Shown here piece after piece: positions 9,544 to 18,543 of a stretch of DNA of 64,000 nt (its first letter is position 1; every line of letters starts with the position of its first letter). The DNA is from an uncultured Candidatus Ruthturnera sp. (GTDB taxonomy: Bacteria > Pseudomonadota > Gammaproteobacteria > PS1 > Pseudothioglobaceae), in the NCBI GenBank assembly GCA_964448305.1, contig CAYUWB010000001.1, positions 11,704 to 75,703 of the forward strand. The letters are read 5' to 3'. The notes beneath the pieces were generated by a model. That model was not told the origin of the DNA. It searched no databases and was given only the letters and a program-made list of their open reading frames with translations. Both the position numbers and the translations under genes were made by a program.

Positions 9544-11067
9544 TTAGGCGAGTTTGTCATCTGCAACATGATAGGTTGGATCTTCTAAAACGTTGACTTC
9601 TACTAAGTTTTTAGCAGTCTTGAGTAGTAGTCGGCATTCTGCGCTCAGATGTTGTAAATGTAGGGTTTTTCCAACACGCTTATAGCGTGCAGCTAATTTA
9701 TCAATAGCTTGAATAGCTGAGTGATCTAGTACTTTAGAATTACCAAAGTCAACATAGACATCGTTGGTATCTTGTTTGGGAGTGAACAACTCTTGAAAAC
9801 GATCTTTTGAAGCAAAAAATAAAGTACCGTGAACTTCGTAGACATTGTTGCCTTGTTGATTTTTAGATTGCTTTACAAAAATTTTACTGGCTGACTCCCA
9901 AGCAAAAGATAAGGCAGATAATATTACACCTACAATAACTGCCAAGGCTAAATTATCTGTTAGCACGGTAATGACTGCGACTGAGATGCCAGTAACAATA
10001 TCCAACACAGGTACTTTGCCAAATAATCTAAGCGTACACCACTCAAAAGTACCAATCACTACCATCATCATCACGCCAATCAATACTGCAATTGGAATCA
10101 TCTCAATATAATGCGACAAGTAAAGGATGAATAATAATAAGGCAATTGCAGCAACAATACCTGAAAGGCGACCACGACCACCAGATTGCACATTAATGAT
10201 ACTTTGGCCAACCATTGCACAGCCACCCATGCCGCCAAATAAACCAGTTACGGTATTTGCAACACCTTGTCCAATGCTTTCACGGTTTGGTTGGCCGGTA
10301 GTTTCAGTTAAATCATCAATTAGGTTAAGAGTAAGTAAACTTTCAATTAAGCCAACCAATGCCATGGTTACTGCATAAGGCAAAATAATCATCAGTGTTT
10401 CTATATTAAATGGCACATCAGGTATATGAAATGGTGGAAATCCACCTTTGATTGAGGCTACATCACCAACTGTGCGTGTATCAATACCTAGGAAAATAAC
10501 TGCAACACTGCCAATAATAACCGCAACCAAAATAGAAGGTACTGCCTTGGTGAGTCTTGGTAAGAAATGGATAATTACCATGGTTATAACTGCGATAAGC
10601 AACATAATCATTAGTGGTTCACCCGTAATCCAACCTGTGTCTGTTTTAAACTGTTTGATTTGCCCAAGAAAAATCACCAAGGCAATGCCATTCACAAAGC
10701 CCAAAAATACTGGGTGTGGTACAAGACGAATGAATTTACCGAGTTTGAGAATACCAAAGAGCATTTGTAAAACACCTGTCAATACTACTGCGGCAAATAA
10801 ATATTCAACACCATGAACGGCGACAAGCGTACCAATCACCACAGCGATTGCACCAGTGGCACCTGAGATCATGCCTGGACGACCGCCAACAATAGAGGTA
10901 ACTAGGCCAATGGTAAAGGCGGCATATAGGCCAACTAATGGCGATACGCCAGCAAGTAGGGCGAAGGCCACTGCCTCTGGCACTAATGCAAGTGCAACGG
11001 TCAAACCTGATAATACATCATTTTTGACATTAATAGGGGCGTACTTGTTAATCAGTGTGAACAACAT
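9544..11067 (-). CDS. SulP-family anion transporter with C-terminal STAS domain
   Basis: 507 aa. N-terminal LSGLTVALALVPEAVAFALLAG and about 10 or more hydrophobic helices. The soluble C-terminal ~110 aa is STAS-like (VYEVHGTLFFAS...). Confidence 0.85.
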   Translation of the reverse strand: MLFTLINKYAPINVKNDVLSGLTVALALVPEAVAFALLAGVSPLVGLYAAFTIGLVTSIVGGRPGMISGATGAIAVVIGTLVAVHGVEYLFAAVVLTGVLQMLFGILKLGKFIRLVPHPVFLGFVNGIALVIFLGQIKQFKTDTGWITGEPLMIMLLIAVITMVIIHFLPRLTKAVPSILVAVIIGSVAVIFLGIDTRTVGDVASIKGGFPPFHIPDVPFNIETLMIILPYAVTMALVGLIESLLTLNLIDDLTETTGQPNRESIGQGVANTVTGLFGGMGGCAMVGQSIINVQSGGRGRLSGIVAAIALLLFILYLSHYIEMIPIAVLIGVMMMVVIGTFEWCTLRLFGKVPVLDIVTGISVAVITVLTDNLALAVIVGVILSALSFAWESASKIFVKQSKNQQGNNVYEVHGTLFFASKDRFQELFTPKQDTNDVYVDFGNSKVLDHSAIQAIDKLAARYKRVGKTLHLQHLSAECRLLLKTAKNLVEVNVLEDPTYHVADDKLA

Positions 11068-11092
11068 GGATTTTCCTTATTTTTTAGTGGCG

Positions 11093-12190
11093 TTATGCTT
11101 TAGCAGGCACGACTGGTGTAGAGGATTTAATACCTGTGTTTTGTGCACGATGACGCATGACATGGTCCATAATCGTCATAGCCAACATAGCCTCAGCAAT
11201 TGGTGTTGCACGAATACCTACACATGGATCATGTCGACCTTTAGTGATGACTTCAATTGGGCTACCATCTTTATCAATACTTTCAATTGGCAAGCGCAAA
11301 CTTGAAGTTGGCTTTAGTGCAATAGATACCAATACATCTTGGCCAGAACTAATACCGCCAAGCGTACCACCAGCATGGTTAGATTTAAAACCATCGATAG
11401 TAATCGCATCACGATGCTCAGTGCCTTTTTGGGTAATTGAGTTAAATCCTGCGCCAATCTCAATACCTTTAACCGCATTAATGCTCATCATGCCATGGGC
11501 AATATCAGCTTCTAGGCGATCAAAGATTGGCTCACCTAATCCAGCGGGCATGTTGCTGGCTACTACATTAACACGAGCGCCAATGGAATCGCCTGATTTT
11601 CTCAGTGCATCCATATATTCTTCTAGCTCTTTAATTTTGCTAGCATCTGGACAGAAGAACGGATTATTATGAACTTCGCTCCAATCAAAGTTATCAAAAG
11701 TAATAGGGCCAAGTTGTGACAAATAGCCTTTGATTTCTATACCAAGGGTTTCTTTTAAGTATTTTTTGGCAATACCACCTGCGGCCACACGCATTGCGGT
11801 TTCACGTGCAGATGATCTGCCACCGCCACGATAATCTCTAAAGCCGTATTTTTGGTCATAAGTATAATCAGCATGACCAGGGCGGAAGGTATTAGCAATA
11901 TTGCCGTAATCTTTAGAGCGTTGATCGGTATTCTGGATGATTAGTGCAATTGGCATACCAGTAGTTTTCCCTTCAAAGGTGCCTGATAAAATTTTAACTA
12001 AGTCTGCTTCACGACGCTGAGTAGTATGACGAGAAGTACCTGGTTTTCTTAAGTCTAGGTCACCTTGCAAGTCGGCCTCACAAAGATCCATGCCAGGAGG
12101 GCAGCCATCAACGATACCAACAAGTGCTTCACCATGTGATTCACCAGCAGTAGTAACTGTAAATAATTTTCCAAAAGAATTGCCAGACAT
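11093..12190 (-). CDS. aroC: Chorismate synthase
   Basis: [35 protein letters not shown] and [10 protein letters not shown] motifs. 365 aa. Confidence 0.95.
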   Translation of the reverse strand: MSGNSFGKLFTVTTAGESHGEALVGIVDGCPPGMDLCEADLQGDLDLRKPGTSRHTTQRREADLVKILSGTFEGKTTGMPIALIIQNTDQRSKDYGNIANTFRPGHADYTYDQKYGFRDYRGGGRSSARETAMRVAAGGIAKKYLKETLGIEIKGYLSQLGPITFDNFDWSEVHNNPFFCPDASKIKELEEYMDALRKSGDSIGARVNVVASNMPAGLGEPIFDRLEADIAHGMMSINAVKGIEIGAGFNSITQKGTEHRDAITIDGFKSNHAGGTLGGISSGQDVLVSIALKPTSSLRLPIESIDKDGSPIEVITKGRHDPCVGIRATPIAEAMLAMTIMDHVMRHRAQNTGIKSSTPVVPAKA

Positions 12191-12240
12191 ACTGTTAACC
12201 TAAGTATTTAATATGCCATCGATTATACCTAGCTAGCAGG

Positions 12241-12495
12241 CTATTTCGCTAGTTTGTTATAAAGCCAGGCAAACACAAAGCCACCAATTGCCGCGTCAAA
12301 AAAGCCCCAAACCATACCAGTCACTACGCCGCTAAAACTGAGTGAATATCCTAGATAAACCGTTGATAGAAAATCCACCATATTGTGCAGATAACTTTCT
12401 GTGACTAATGCGGCTATTGACATAAAAAAAACACCCAACGACCACATAACTCCAAGGGCAAGTGCTACAGCTTTTGTATCGAGTTTTTGAGTCAT
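12241..12495 (-). CDS. Small hydrophobic membrane protein (unknown function)
   Basis: 84-aa ORF with 2-3 predicted TM helices. No family recognised. Confidence 0.45.
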   Translation of the reverse strand: MTQKLDTKAVALALGVMWSLGVFFMSIAALVTESYLHNMVDFLSTVYLGYSLSFSGVVTGMVWGFFDAAIGGFVFAWLYNKLAK

Positions 12496-12604
12496 GTATT
12501 ACTCCTTATTTTTCTTCGATAATTGACATTCTACCCCTTAGGATTATCTGTAAAGGGTTGTATCGTGTTAATATATCGCCTTTTTTTGATGATTGAGTTA
12601 TTGC

Positions 12605-13648
12605 ATGTCTATTCAATATAACCAACTGGGTGATAGTGATTTAAAAGTGTCTAACATTTGTTTAGGCACCATGACCTTTGGGCAGCAAAATACTGAAAAA
12701 GAAGGTCATCAACAACTGGATTATGCAATTGATCAAGGTATTAATTTTATTGATACTGCTGAGATGTATCCAGTACCACCACGTGCTGAAACTGCTTATT
12801 CAACTGAAAATATTGTTGGTAGCTGGATTCAAAAAAACCCACGAGATAAGATTATCTTAGCTACTAAGGCAGCGGGCAGTGCACGTGGCATGCCTTGGGT
12901 TAGAGGGGGTGAGCATGCGTTTAATCGCACTAATTTGCGTAATGCTTTAGAAGGTTCATTGAAGCGTTTAAAAACAGACTATATTGATTTATACCAACTG
13001 CATTGGCCAGAACGCAACACACCGATGTTTGGCAAGTATTTATTTGATCCAGAGCAAGAGCGTGAATACACAGCATTTGCAGAAACACTAGAAGCTTTAT
13101 CTGAATTAATCAAGGAAGGAAAGATTAGACATATTGGTCTTTCAAATGAATGGTCTTGGGGTTTAATGCAGTTCTTAAATGCCTCTGAGCGAGAGAGCTT
13201 GCCTCGAGTGGTCAGCATGCAAAATGCTTACAACCTTATTAATCGCACCTATGACTCTTCATTGCGAGAAATGGGTTATAGAGAGAATGTGCCATTATTG
13301 GCTTATTCGCCAATGGCATTTGGACATTTAAGCGCCAAATATATCAATGATTCAAAAGCGCAAGGCAGAGTGAATATATTTGATGGCTTTGCGCAGCGCT
13401 ATGAAAAGCCGGCTGTTGAGCCAGCCATTCAGGCATATGCTAATTTAGCTCAGGAGTTAAAAATATCTCCAGCCACATTAGCCCTTGCATTTACGTATTC
13501 TCGTTGGTTCTGTGCTAGCACTATTATTGGCGCTACCAGTATGGATCAGTTAAAAGAAAATATTAACGCCGTTAATTTTGAATGGACTGATGATATTGAT
13601 CAGGCGATTGAAGCTATTCATTTACGCTTTTTTAATCCAGCGCCGTAA
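12605..13648 (+). CDS. Aldo/keto reductase (Tas-like NADP-dependent oxidoreductase)
   Basis: LGTMTFG, INFIDTAEMYP and DLYQLHWPER motifs. ATG 12605 preferred over TTG 12593. Confidence 0.85.
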   Translation: MSIQYNQLGDSDLKVSNICLGTMTFGQQNTEKEGHQQLDYAIDQGINFIDTAEMYPVPPRAETAYSTENIVGSWIQKNPRDKIILATKAAGSARGMPWVRGGEHAFNRTNLRNALEGSLKRLKTDYIDLYQLHWPERNTPMFGKYLFDPEQEREYTAFAETLEALSELIKEGKIRHIGLSNEWSWGLMQFLNASERESLPRVVSMQNAYNLINRTYDSSLREMGYRENVPLLAYSPMAFGHLSAKYINDSKAQGRVNIFDGFAQRYEKPAVEPAIQAYANLAQELKISPATLALAFTYSRWFCASTIIGATSMDQLKENINAVNFEWTDDIDQAIEAIHLRFFNPAP

Positions 13649-13684
13649 CAAAAAGTCAATGTTTTTGTCAAATGAATTAATATG

Positions 13685-14131
13685 TTAATTGATCGAGGAA
13701 AAGTAAATCATTATAAAAAAACTTAATAAAACAATAATTGTTGCAATCAGTCTATTTTGAAAGTATTTTTCTGAATAATAATCTAAGTATGATAATTTTT
13801 GATCAATAAACAGCAATAAAATAAAAACAACACTTGCGGCAAAAATAAAAATTTCAAAAAGCAAAAATAAATACGCAAGCCAACTAAATAATACAAATAT
13901 ATTGCTAGAAATAAGAGTAAATCTAGATAAAAAATTATTATTATTTAGATTTAAACCCCAGTGAGAGCCAGAAATAAATGAAATTATTGCTATTGTATAT
14001 ATAGAAATAATAGTTTTTAGGTTCTCTAGGTCAATATGCAAAATTTCATAAAATTGTGCTCCAAAAAGAGCCGAAACAAATAAAAAAGGAATGGTTCCAA
14101 GATATGTCAAAATACTATAGGTCAATGTCAT
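13685..14131 (-). CDS. Multi-pass membrane protein, DUF3429-like
   Basis: 148 aa, 4-5 TM helices, conserved-looking SGSHWG motif. Very AT-rich. Its start lies 2 nt downstream of the bcp stop codon. Confidence 0.5.
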   Translation of the reverse strand: MTLTYSILTYLGTIPFLFVSALFGAQFYEILHIDLENLKTIISIYTIAIISFISGSHWGLNLNNNNFLSRFTLISSNIFVLFSWLAYLFLLFEIFIFAASVVFILLLFIDQKLSYLDYYSEKYFQNRLIATIIVLLSFFIMIYFSSIN

Positions 14132-14133
14132 GA

Positions 14134-14652
14134 TTAATTACTTTGCGTTTGTAAAATCATAAGATCTTTTAGTACTTGCTTTACGTGCGTATTAGGATCA
14201 ACACCAATGTATTTTTTAACAATAACCCCTTTTGGATTGATAATATAAGTGTTTCTCATAGCAACCTTCCAATTAATAAATTTTGCTAAAGAATCATAAG
14301 ATTCAGAAACTTTTCCATCACTATCAGATAATATTGAAAACGATAGCTGGTAGTTGTCTGAAAATCGTTTATGCGACTCAACATTATCAACACTAATACC
14401 GTAAACTACAGCCTTGTTAGCGATAATACGATCAGTCGCATCTCTGAAGCTGCAAGCCTCTGTGGTACACCCTGGAGTGTCATCCATTGGGTAAAAATAT
14501 AAAATCACCCATTTTCCTCGATGCTGATCAAGTGATTTATAAATGTTATCTTGATTTGGTAATGAAAAAATTGGAGCAGCATCTCCTATATCTAGCGAAT
14601 AGCTAGTGGGTGAAATAAGCATTATCATGAAAGCAATAATTTTTTGATACAT
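14134..14652 (-). CDS. bcp: Thiol peroxidase (Bcp-type peroxiredoxin) with N-terminal signal sequence
   Basis: Active-site block FYPMDDTPGCTTEACSFRD. Hydrophobic N-terminus MYQKIIAFMIMLISPTSYS. Confidence 0.8.
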   Translation of the reverse strand: MYQKIIAFMIMLISPTSYSLDIGDAAPIFSLPNQDNIYKSLDQHRGKWVILYFYPMDDTPGCTTEACSFRDATDRIIANKAVVYGISVDNVESHKRFSDNYQLSFSILSDSDGKVSESYDSLAKFINWKVAMRNTYIINPKGVIVKKYIGVDPNTHVKQVLKDLMILQTQSN

Positions 14653-14750
14653 TTAAAACTCCTTTTTAAAAAATATATTATTAATGTTACACAAAAAAAA
14701 TAAGTAATTATACAAAAAATATAATAAATTTAAAATTGTACAATTATTTG

Positions 14751-14759
14751 TGCTAGAAT
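14751..14759 (+). promoter_or_regulatory. Candidate extended -10 promoter (TGcTAGAAT) for the 69-aa gene
   Basis: TGCTAGAAT lies 32 nt upstream of the ATG at 14791 and is preceded by the palindrome TTGTACAA. AGGAG Shine-Dalgarno at 14781-14785. Confidence 0.35.
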
Positions 14760-14790
14760 GTAAACGAAGAAAATAAAAAAAGGAGAAAAT

Positions 14791-15000
14791 ATGAAAGTTA
14801 AAAGAGAAAATTTACTTGAAGAGCTTGGATCAATCAAGCATTGTATCGAAATGTCACATTCTGTTATTGAGCATGAAAAAACACGCAAGCATATTATTGA
14901 AGTGCTAGAAAATCGTATATTACAATTAGAAAAAGAGGTTGATGCTACAATTTCAGCACAAGATTGGGGAAAATCAGAACATTTAATGGATATAGCATAA
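14791..15000 (+). CDS. Orphan 69-aa helical protein
   Basis: Strong SD (AAAGGAG, 5-nt spacer) and ATG start, followed by a rho-independent terminator. No family recognised. Confidence 0.55.
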   Translation: MKVKRENLLEELGSIKHCIEMSHSVIEHEKTRKHIIEVLENRILQLEKEVDATISAQDWGKSEHLMDIA

Positions 15001-15025
15001 TTACTAACTACTAAATCTAAGTAAC

Positions 15026-15053
15026 ACCCTGTCAAATGACAGGGTTTTTTTTT
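15026..15053 (+). terminator. Rho-independent terminator
   Basis: ACCCTGTC-AAAT-GACAGGGT stem-loop followed by T9. Confidence 0.75.
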
Positions 15054-15071
15054 AGCAACTGGTGTAATTTT

Positions 15072-15650
15072 ATGAAGAGATTTAAATTAATATTAGCTTT
15101 GCTTTTGATATTTGTTGGATTATTTGCAGGCGTGCTTATGAGTGATGTAGAAAAACCAAAATATAAAATATTATCTTTAGATAATAATATCGAATTGAGA
15201 CAATATGACTCAATTTTTATTGCTGAAGTTGTTGTTGAAGGCCAAAGGAAAGATGCAATTAATAAAGGATTCAAAATTTTAGCAAATTATATTTTTGGTG
15301 AAAATTCAGATAATTTAAAAATAGAAATGACCGCTCCAGTCAAACAACAAAAAACTAATAACGCTTGGAGAATAAGCTTTTCAATGCCTGAAAAGTATAA
15401 TTTAGACTCTCTTCCAATTCCGAAAAATAAAGCTGTACAACTTAAAAATATTACTAATAAAAAGTTTGCAACAATTTCTTTTTCTGGGTTTAATTCAGAT
15501 GAAAATATCACCGTTAATGAAAATTTACTGAAAAATTATTTGATTAAAAATAAGATTGTTAGTAATAATTTTCCTATATATGCATTTTACAATCCTCCGT
15601 GGACGCTGCCAATGTTTAGAAGAAATGAGATTATGTTTGAGATTGAATAA
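15072..15650 (+). CDS. SOUL/HBP-family haem-binding protein with N-terminal membrane anchor
   Basis: MKRFKLILALLLIFVGLFAGVLM anchor. SOUL-type blocks EKPKYKIL...ELRQY, GFKILANYIFGEN, IEMTAPV and YNPPWTLPMFRRNEIMFEI. I used the ATG at 15072 because the ORF-track start at 15036 lies inside the terminator hairpin. Confidence 0.7.
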   Translation: MKRFKLILALLLIFVGLFAGVLMSDVEKPKYKILSLDNNIELRQYDSIFIAEVVVEGQRKDAINKGFKILANYIFGENSDNLKIEMTAPVKQQKTNNAWRISFSMPEKYNLDSLPIPKNKAVQLKNITNKKFATISFSGFNSDENITVNENLLKNYLIKNKIVSNNFPIYAFYNPPWTLPMFRRNEIMFEIE

Positions 15651-15707
15651 CATAATTTTTTATAGATTATTTTTTTATGCAGTATATCTAGTGTTAACAA
15701 ATATTAA

Positions 15708-16646
15708 ATGGATTCTTTAACTCAATTTGTATTAGGTGGAAGTGTTGCTTTAGCCGTTGCACCTGAAAAAAATGCAAAAATTGCGCTGGTTGGGGGTTTA
15801 ATAGCGACTTTACCTGATCTAGATATATTTTTCAACTATGGTAATGATTTATTAAATACAGTTAATCATCGTGGTTGGACCCACTCTCTTATTTATTTAT
15901 CTTTGATTTCGCCATTCATTGGATGGGTTGGCTTCCGATTAGTTGGATTATTTGGATATTTCAGATGGTTTTTAATTGCATGGATGGCGCTGTTAACTCA
16001 CACACTATTGGATAGTTTTACGATATTTGGCACTTCTTTATTTCTGCCTTTGAGTGATATGCGGGTGATGACAGGAAGTATATTTATTATCGATCCAGTA
16101 TATACAGTCCCATTATTATTTAGCATTATTCTTGCTTTAAGCGGTAAAGAAGTTTTTTGGCGAATTAAAAATTTTAATACTTGGGCATTGGTTTTTAGTC
16201 ATTTGTATTTATTGCTTAGTTTTTCTATTCAGCAGGCGCTAGTGCCAGAAGGCAAGGCATTTGCAACTCCAACTCCTTTTAATATTATTAAATGGCGAGT
16301 AGTAGAAATAAATGATAAGACAATATCAGAGTATTTTGTTGATATTTTTGGAAACAAGGGAGAGAAAGTTGTTGTACTAAATAATCAAATTTTAGCGAAA
16401 GAATTTAAGGAAGTTCTAGACAAATATCAGAATTTTACGAATGGATTTTTTAATGTAGAAGTTATAGATGATAAGATGATATTAGTTGATTTGAGAATGG
16501 GTGGAATTGAAAAGTCAGTATTTAGGTTTGTTATTGCAGAGCTAGTTAACGATCAATGGCTAAAGGTTAAACCATATAGGATAATGAGTGTGTTAAATAT
16601 CAATCAAATATATGGAGTTAAAAGCAACAAGGATCTACCAAGTTAA
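15708..16646 (+). CDS. YdjM-family membrane-bound metal-dependent hydrolase with ~150-aa C-terminal extension (paralogue 1)
   Basis: MDSLTQFVLGGSVA, LPDLDIFF, NHRGWTHSL and LTHTLLDSFT motifs of the PF04307-type family. 312 aa. Confidence 0.7.
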   Translation: MDSLTQFVLGGSVALAVAPEKNAKIALVGGLIATLPDLDIFFNYGNDLLNTVNHRGWTHSLIYLSLISPFIGWVGFRLVGLFGYFRWFLIAWMALLTHTLLDSFTIFGTSLFLPLSDMRVMTGSIFIIDPVYTVPLLFSIILALSGKEVFWRIKNFNTWALVFSHLYLLLSFSIQQALVPEGKAFATPTPFNIIKWRVVEINDKTISEYFVDIFGNKGEKVVVLNNQILAKEFKEVLDKYQNFTNGFFNVEVIDDKMILVDLRMGGIEKSVFRFVIAELVNDQWLKVKPYRIMSVLNINQIYGVKSNKDLPS

Positions 16647-16945
16647 TTAAAATTGACATATTAGATGTTATATTAAAGTTATTATAAATTCTTTCTAAAG
16701 CAAATATGTATATCGGTTTCTTTGTTTTTTGATTTACTTCACTTGACTCTTCCTCATAATTGTTAGGAATTTTTTTGACTATTTATGTAAAAAATTCGAA
16801 AGCAGAGTTTGTTAAATGGATTTTTTATAAAGCCCCCATAAATGTGATCTCTTTATTGATATCTTGAGAATTTTTTGGTTTTGAATTTTTAGTGCTGATT
16901 AAGTGTTGTTGTGCAAGCATCTGAAGCAATTATCATGACTAATTT

Positions 16946-17022
16946 TGGTGCCCTCGAGCCGATTCGAACGGCTGACCTGCCGCTTAGGAGGCGGCTGCTC
17001 TATCCAGCTGAGCTACGAAGGC
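16946..17022 (-). tRNA. tRNA-Arg (anticodon CCU)
   Basis: The reverse complement folds as a 77-nt cloverleaf: GCCTTCG/TA/GCTC-AGCTGGATA-GAGC/A/GCCGC-CT[CCT]AA-GCGGC/AGGTC/AGCCG-TTCGAAT-CGGCT/CGAGGGC/A/CCA. Confidence 0.9.
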
Positions 17023-17056
17023 AAGTGAGGTATTATCGGTTGATAGAGTGCTAAAT

Positions 17057-17671
17057 TCAAGTAATGATTTGATTTAGAATAAACTGTGAATCGTTGTAAT
17101 CAATCTTAACGGGTTTAGTTCCGTCTATTGTTTGTAGTACCAATGATGGAAAACTGCTAACGTTTAATGATTGCATCAAAGCGATATCGTTAAGCAATAA
17201 TTCTTGTATTTTTTTGTCATTTAGCTTTTTTCTGAATTTTTTAATATCAATGTCTAGTTTGCCTGCCAGTGCAATTAGGACTTGGTCTTCTGATGGGTTT
17301 TGAGCATCTAGATAGTAAGATTGTTGAATTAAATCAATCATTTTTGCCTCTAATTGAGTGTTTTGCTCACGAACGGCAATGACCGCGCGACAAGCGGGGT
17401 AGGTTGAGCGCTTTGGTGTGCACTTTTCCCAAAAATCATAGTTAAATTCTACGCCTGGAATGGTCATTTCGATTTTTTGCCAATTTTTCTGAATATATTG
17501 ACGCATTTCATCATTCATTGGTTCATTGCTGTCTGGCGCTAGGCCACCAAGTACATATTGAATAGTGATAGACTCAGGTAATGATTTTTTAACATTTTTC
17601 CAAGTGTTATTAAACCCATAACACCAAGAGCACATAGGGTCATGAATGTAGAAAAGTGTGGCAGAATTCAT
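17057..17671 (-). CDS. DsbA-family thioredoxin-fold protein (FrnE-like)
   Basis: N-terminal FYIHDPMCSWCYGF (CxxC in a DsbA/FrnE context). 204 aa. Confidence 0.7.
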   Translation of the reverse strand: MNSATLFYIHDPMCSWCYGFNNTWKNVKKSLPESITIQYVLGGLAPDSNEPMNDEMRQYIQKNWQKIEMTIPGVEFNYDFWEKCTPKRSTYPACRAVIAVREQNTQLEAKMIDLIQQSYYLDAQNPSEDQVLIALAGKLDIDIKKFRKKLNDKKIQELLLNDIALMQSLNVSSFPSLVLQTIDGTKPVKIDYNDSQFILNQIIT

Positions 17672-17736
17672 ACAATAAATTAATAGATAAGCGTAGAATA
17701 TATATTATATTAATTGACGAGAGATGGAGTATTAAG

Positions 17737-18240
17737 ATGAAAAAACAAAACTTAATTTTTTTTCCGTTATTATTAGCAACACAGCTTTCAGTTGCCGGTA
17801 GTTATACTGATACAGCAACCGTAGTTTCAGTTGATAAAGTCTATAGCAATCATGTGATTCGTGAGCCTTACCAAGATTGTTATATTAAAGAAGTTTACCA
17901 AGGCGGCGCTGATGGTTCTGCAACCAATGAGATTATTGGTGGTATTTTTGGTGGCTTAATTGGTAATCAATTTGGAAAAGGTGATGGTAAAAAAGCAGCA
18001 ACGGTAGCTGGTACATTGCTAGGCGCCTCACTGGCTCATGATGATGAGTTGGCCAATTCAAAAAATGGCCAGATGGTTAGAAAAGAAATCTGTGAAACCA
18101 AGTATCGTACAAGCTCTGATCGTCGCCTAGATCATTATCGTGTTGAGTACGAATATGATGGTCGAACGTTTACTTATACGACCCAAAGAAAACCTTATTC
18201 GGATACCGTTAAAATCAGAGTAAACGTATCACCTGAGTAG
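17737..18240 (+). CDS. YcfJ-like glycine-zipper envelope protein
   Basis: Signal peptide MKKQNLIFFPLLLATQLSVAG. Glycine zipper IIGGIFGGLIGNQFGKGDGKKAATVAGTLLGASLA. Overall layout resembles E. coli YcfJ. ATG 17737 follows GAGATGGAG. Confidence 0.7.
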   Translation: MKKQNLIFFPLLLATQLSVAGSYTDTATVVSVDKVYSNHVIREPYQDCYIKEVYQGGADGSATNEIIGGIFGGLIGNQFGKGDGKKAATVAGTLLGASLAHDDELANSKNGQMVRKEICETKYRTSSDRRLDHYRVEYEYDGRTFTYTTQRKPYSDTVKIRVNVSPE

Positions 18241-18530
18241 TGAAAATAGAAAAAACGTATGACGAAGTATCTGATCTTGCAGAAGGCGGCGATGCAAAAT
18301 ATCAATACGAATACGCACTTATGCTTGAGTTAGGCTTGGGTCTTGATCAAGATCTTGATCAAGCATTTGTCTGGTATCAAAAATCTGCCAATCAAGAACA
18401 TCCTAAAGCACAGTATAATCTAGGCATTTTTTATGCACTTGGTAAGGCGGGCGAAAAAGACATTGCCAAGTCAAAATATTGGATTAAAAAAGCACACGAT
18501 AACGGTTATTCAGGTGCAAGTATTTTTTAA
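18240..18530 (+). CDS. Small Sel1-repeat protein
   Basis: GTG start overlaps the preceding TAG (TAGTG). Sel1 repeats GDAKYQYEYALMLELGLG and HPKAQYNLGIFYALGKAGEKDIAKSKYWIKKA. Confidence 0.6.
   Translation: MKIEKTYDEVSDLAEGGDAKYQYEYALMLELGLGLDQDLDQAFVWYQKSANQEHPKAQYNLGIFYALGKAGEKDIAKSKYWIKKAHDNGYSGASIF
18342..18363. repeat. Perfect 22-bp palindrome containing three GATC sites
   Basis: CTTGATCAAGATCTTGATCAAG equals its own reverse complement. GATC at 18345, 18351 and 18357. It lies inside the Sel1 ORF and encodes LDQDLDQ. Confidence 0.9.
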
Positions 18531-18543
18531 ATAAAGGATAAAT

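Noticed and set aside
10127-11672. Plus-strand ORFs of 83-171 aa (10127-10378, 10448-10816, 10856-11305, 11157-11672)
   Set aside because: These are antisense shadow ORFs lying mostly within the well-supported SulP and aroC genes. Their compositions are biased and low-complexity, with no motifs.
16647-16945. Possible sRNA or degraded gene in the 300-bp AT-rich gap next to tRNA-Arg
   Set aside because: No convincing promoter/terminator pair, conserved structure or ORF remnant could be identified by eye. It is left unannotated.
13685-17022. Calling the AT-rich islet a genomic island, prophage or integrative element
   Set aside because: There is no integrase, transposase or phage gene, and I found no direct repeat of the tRNA-Arg 3' end at the far border. 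It is reported only as a compositional islet.
18342-18363. GATC-rich palindrome as a replication-origin (oriC) signature
   Set aside because: It is a single short cluster inside an ORF. There are no DnaA boxes, AT-rich 13-mers or origin-linked genes (dnaA, gidA, mioC) nearby.
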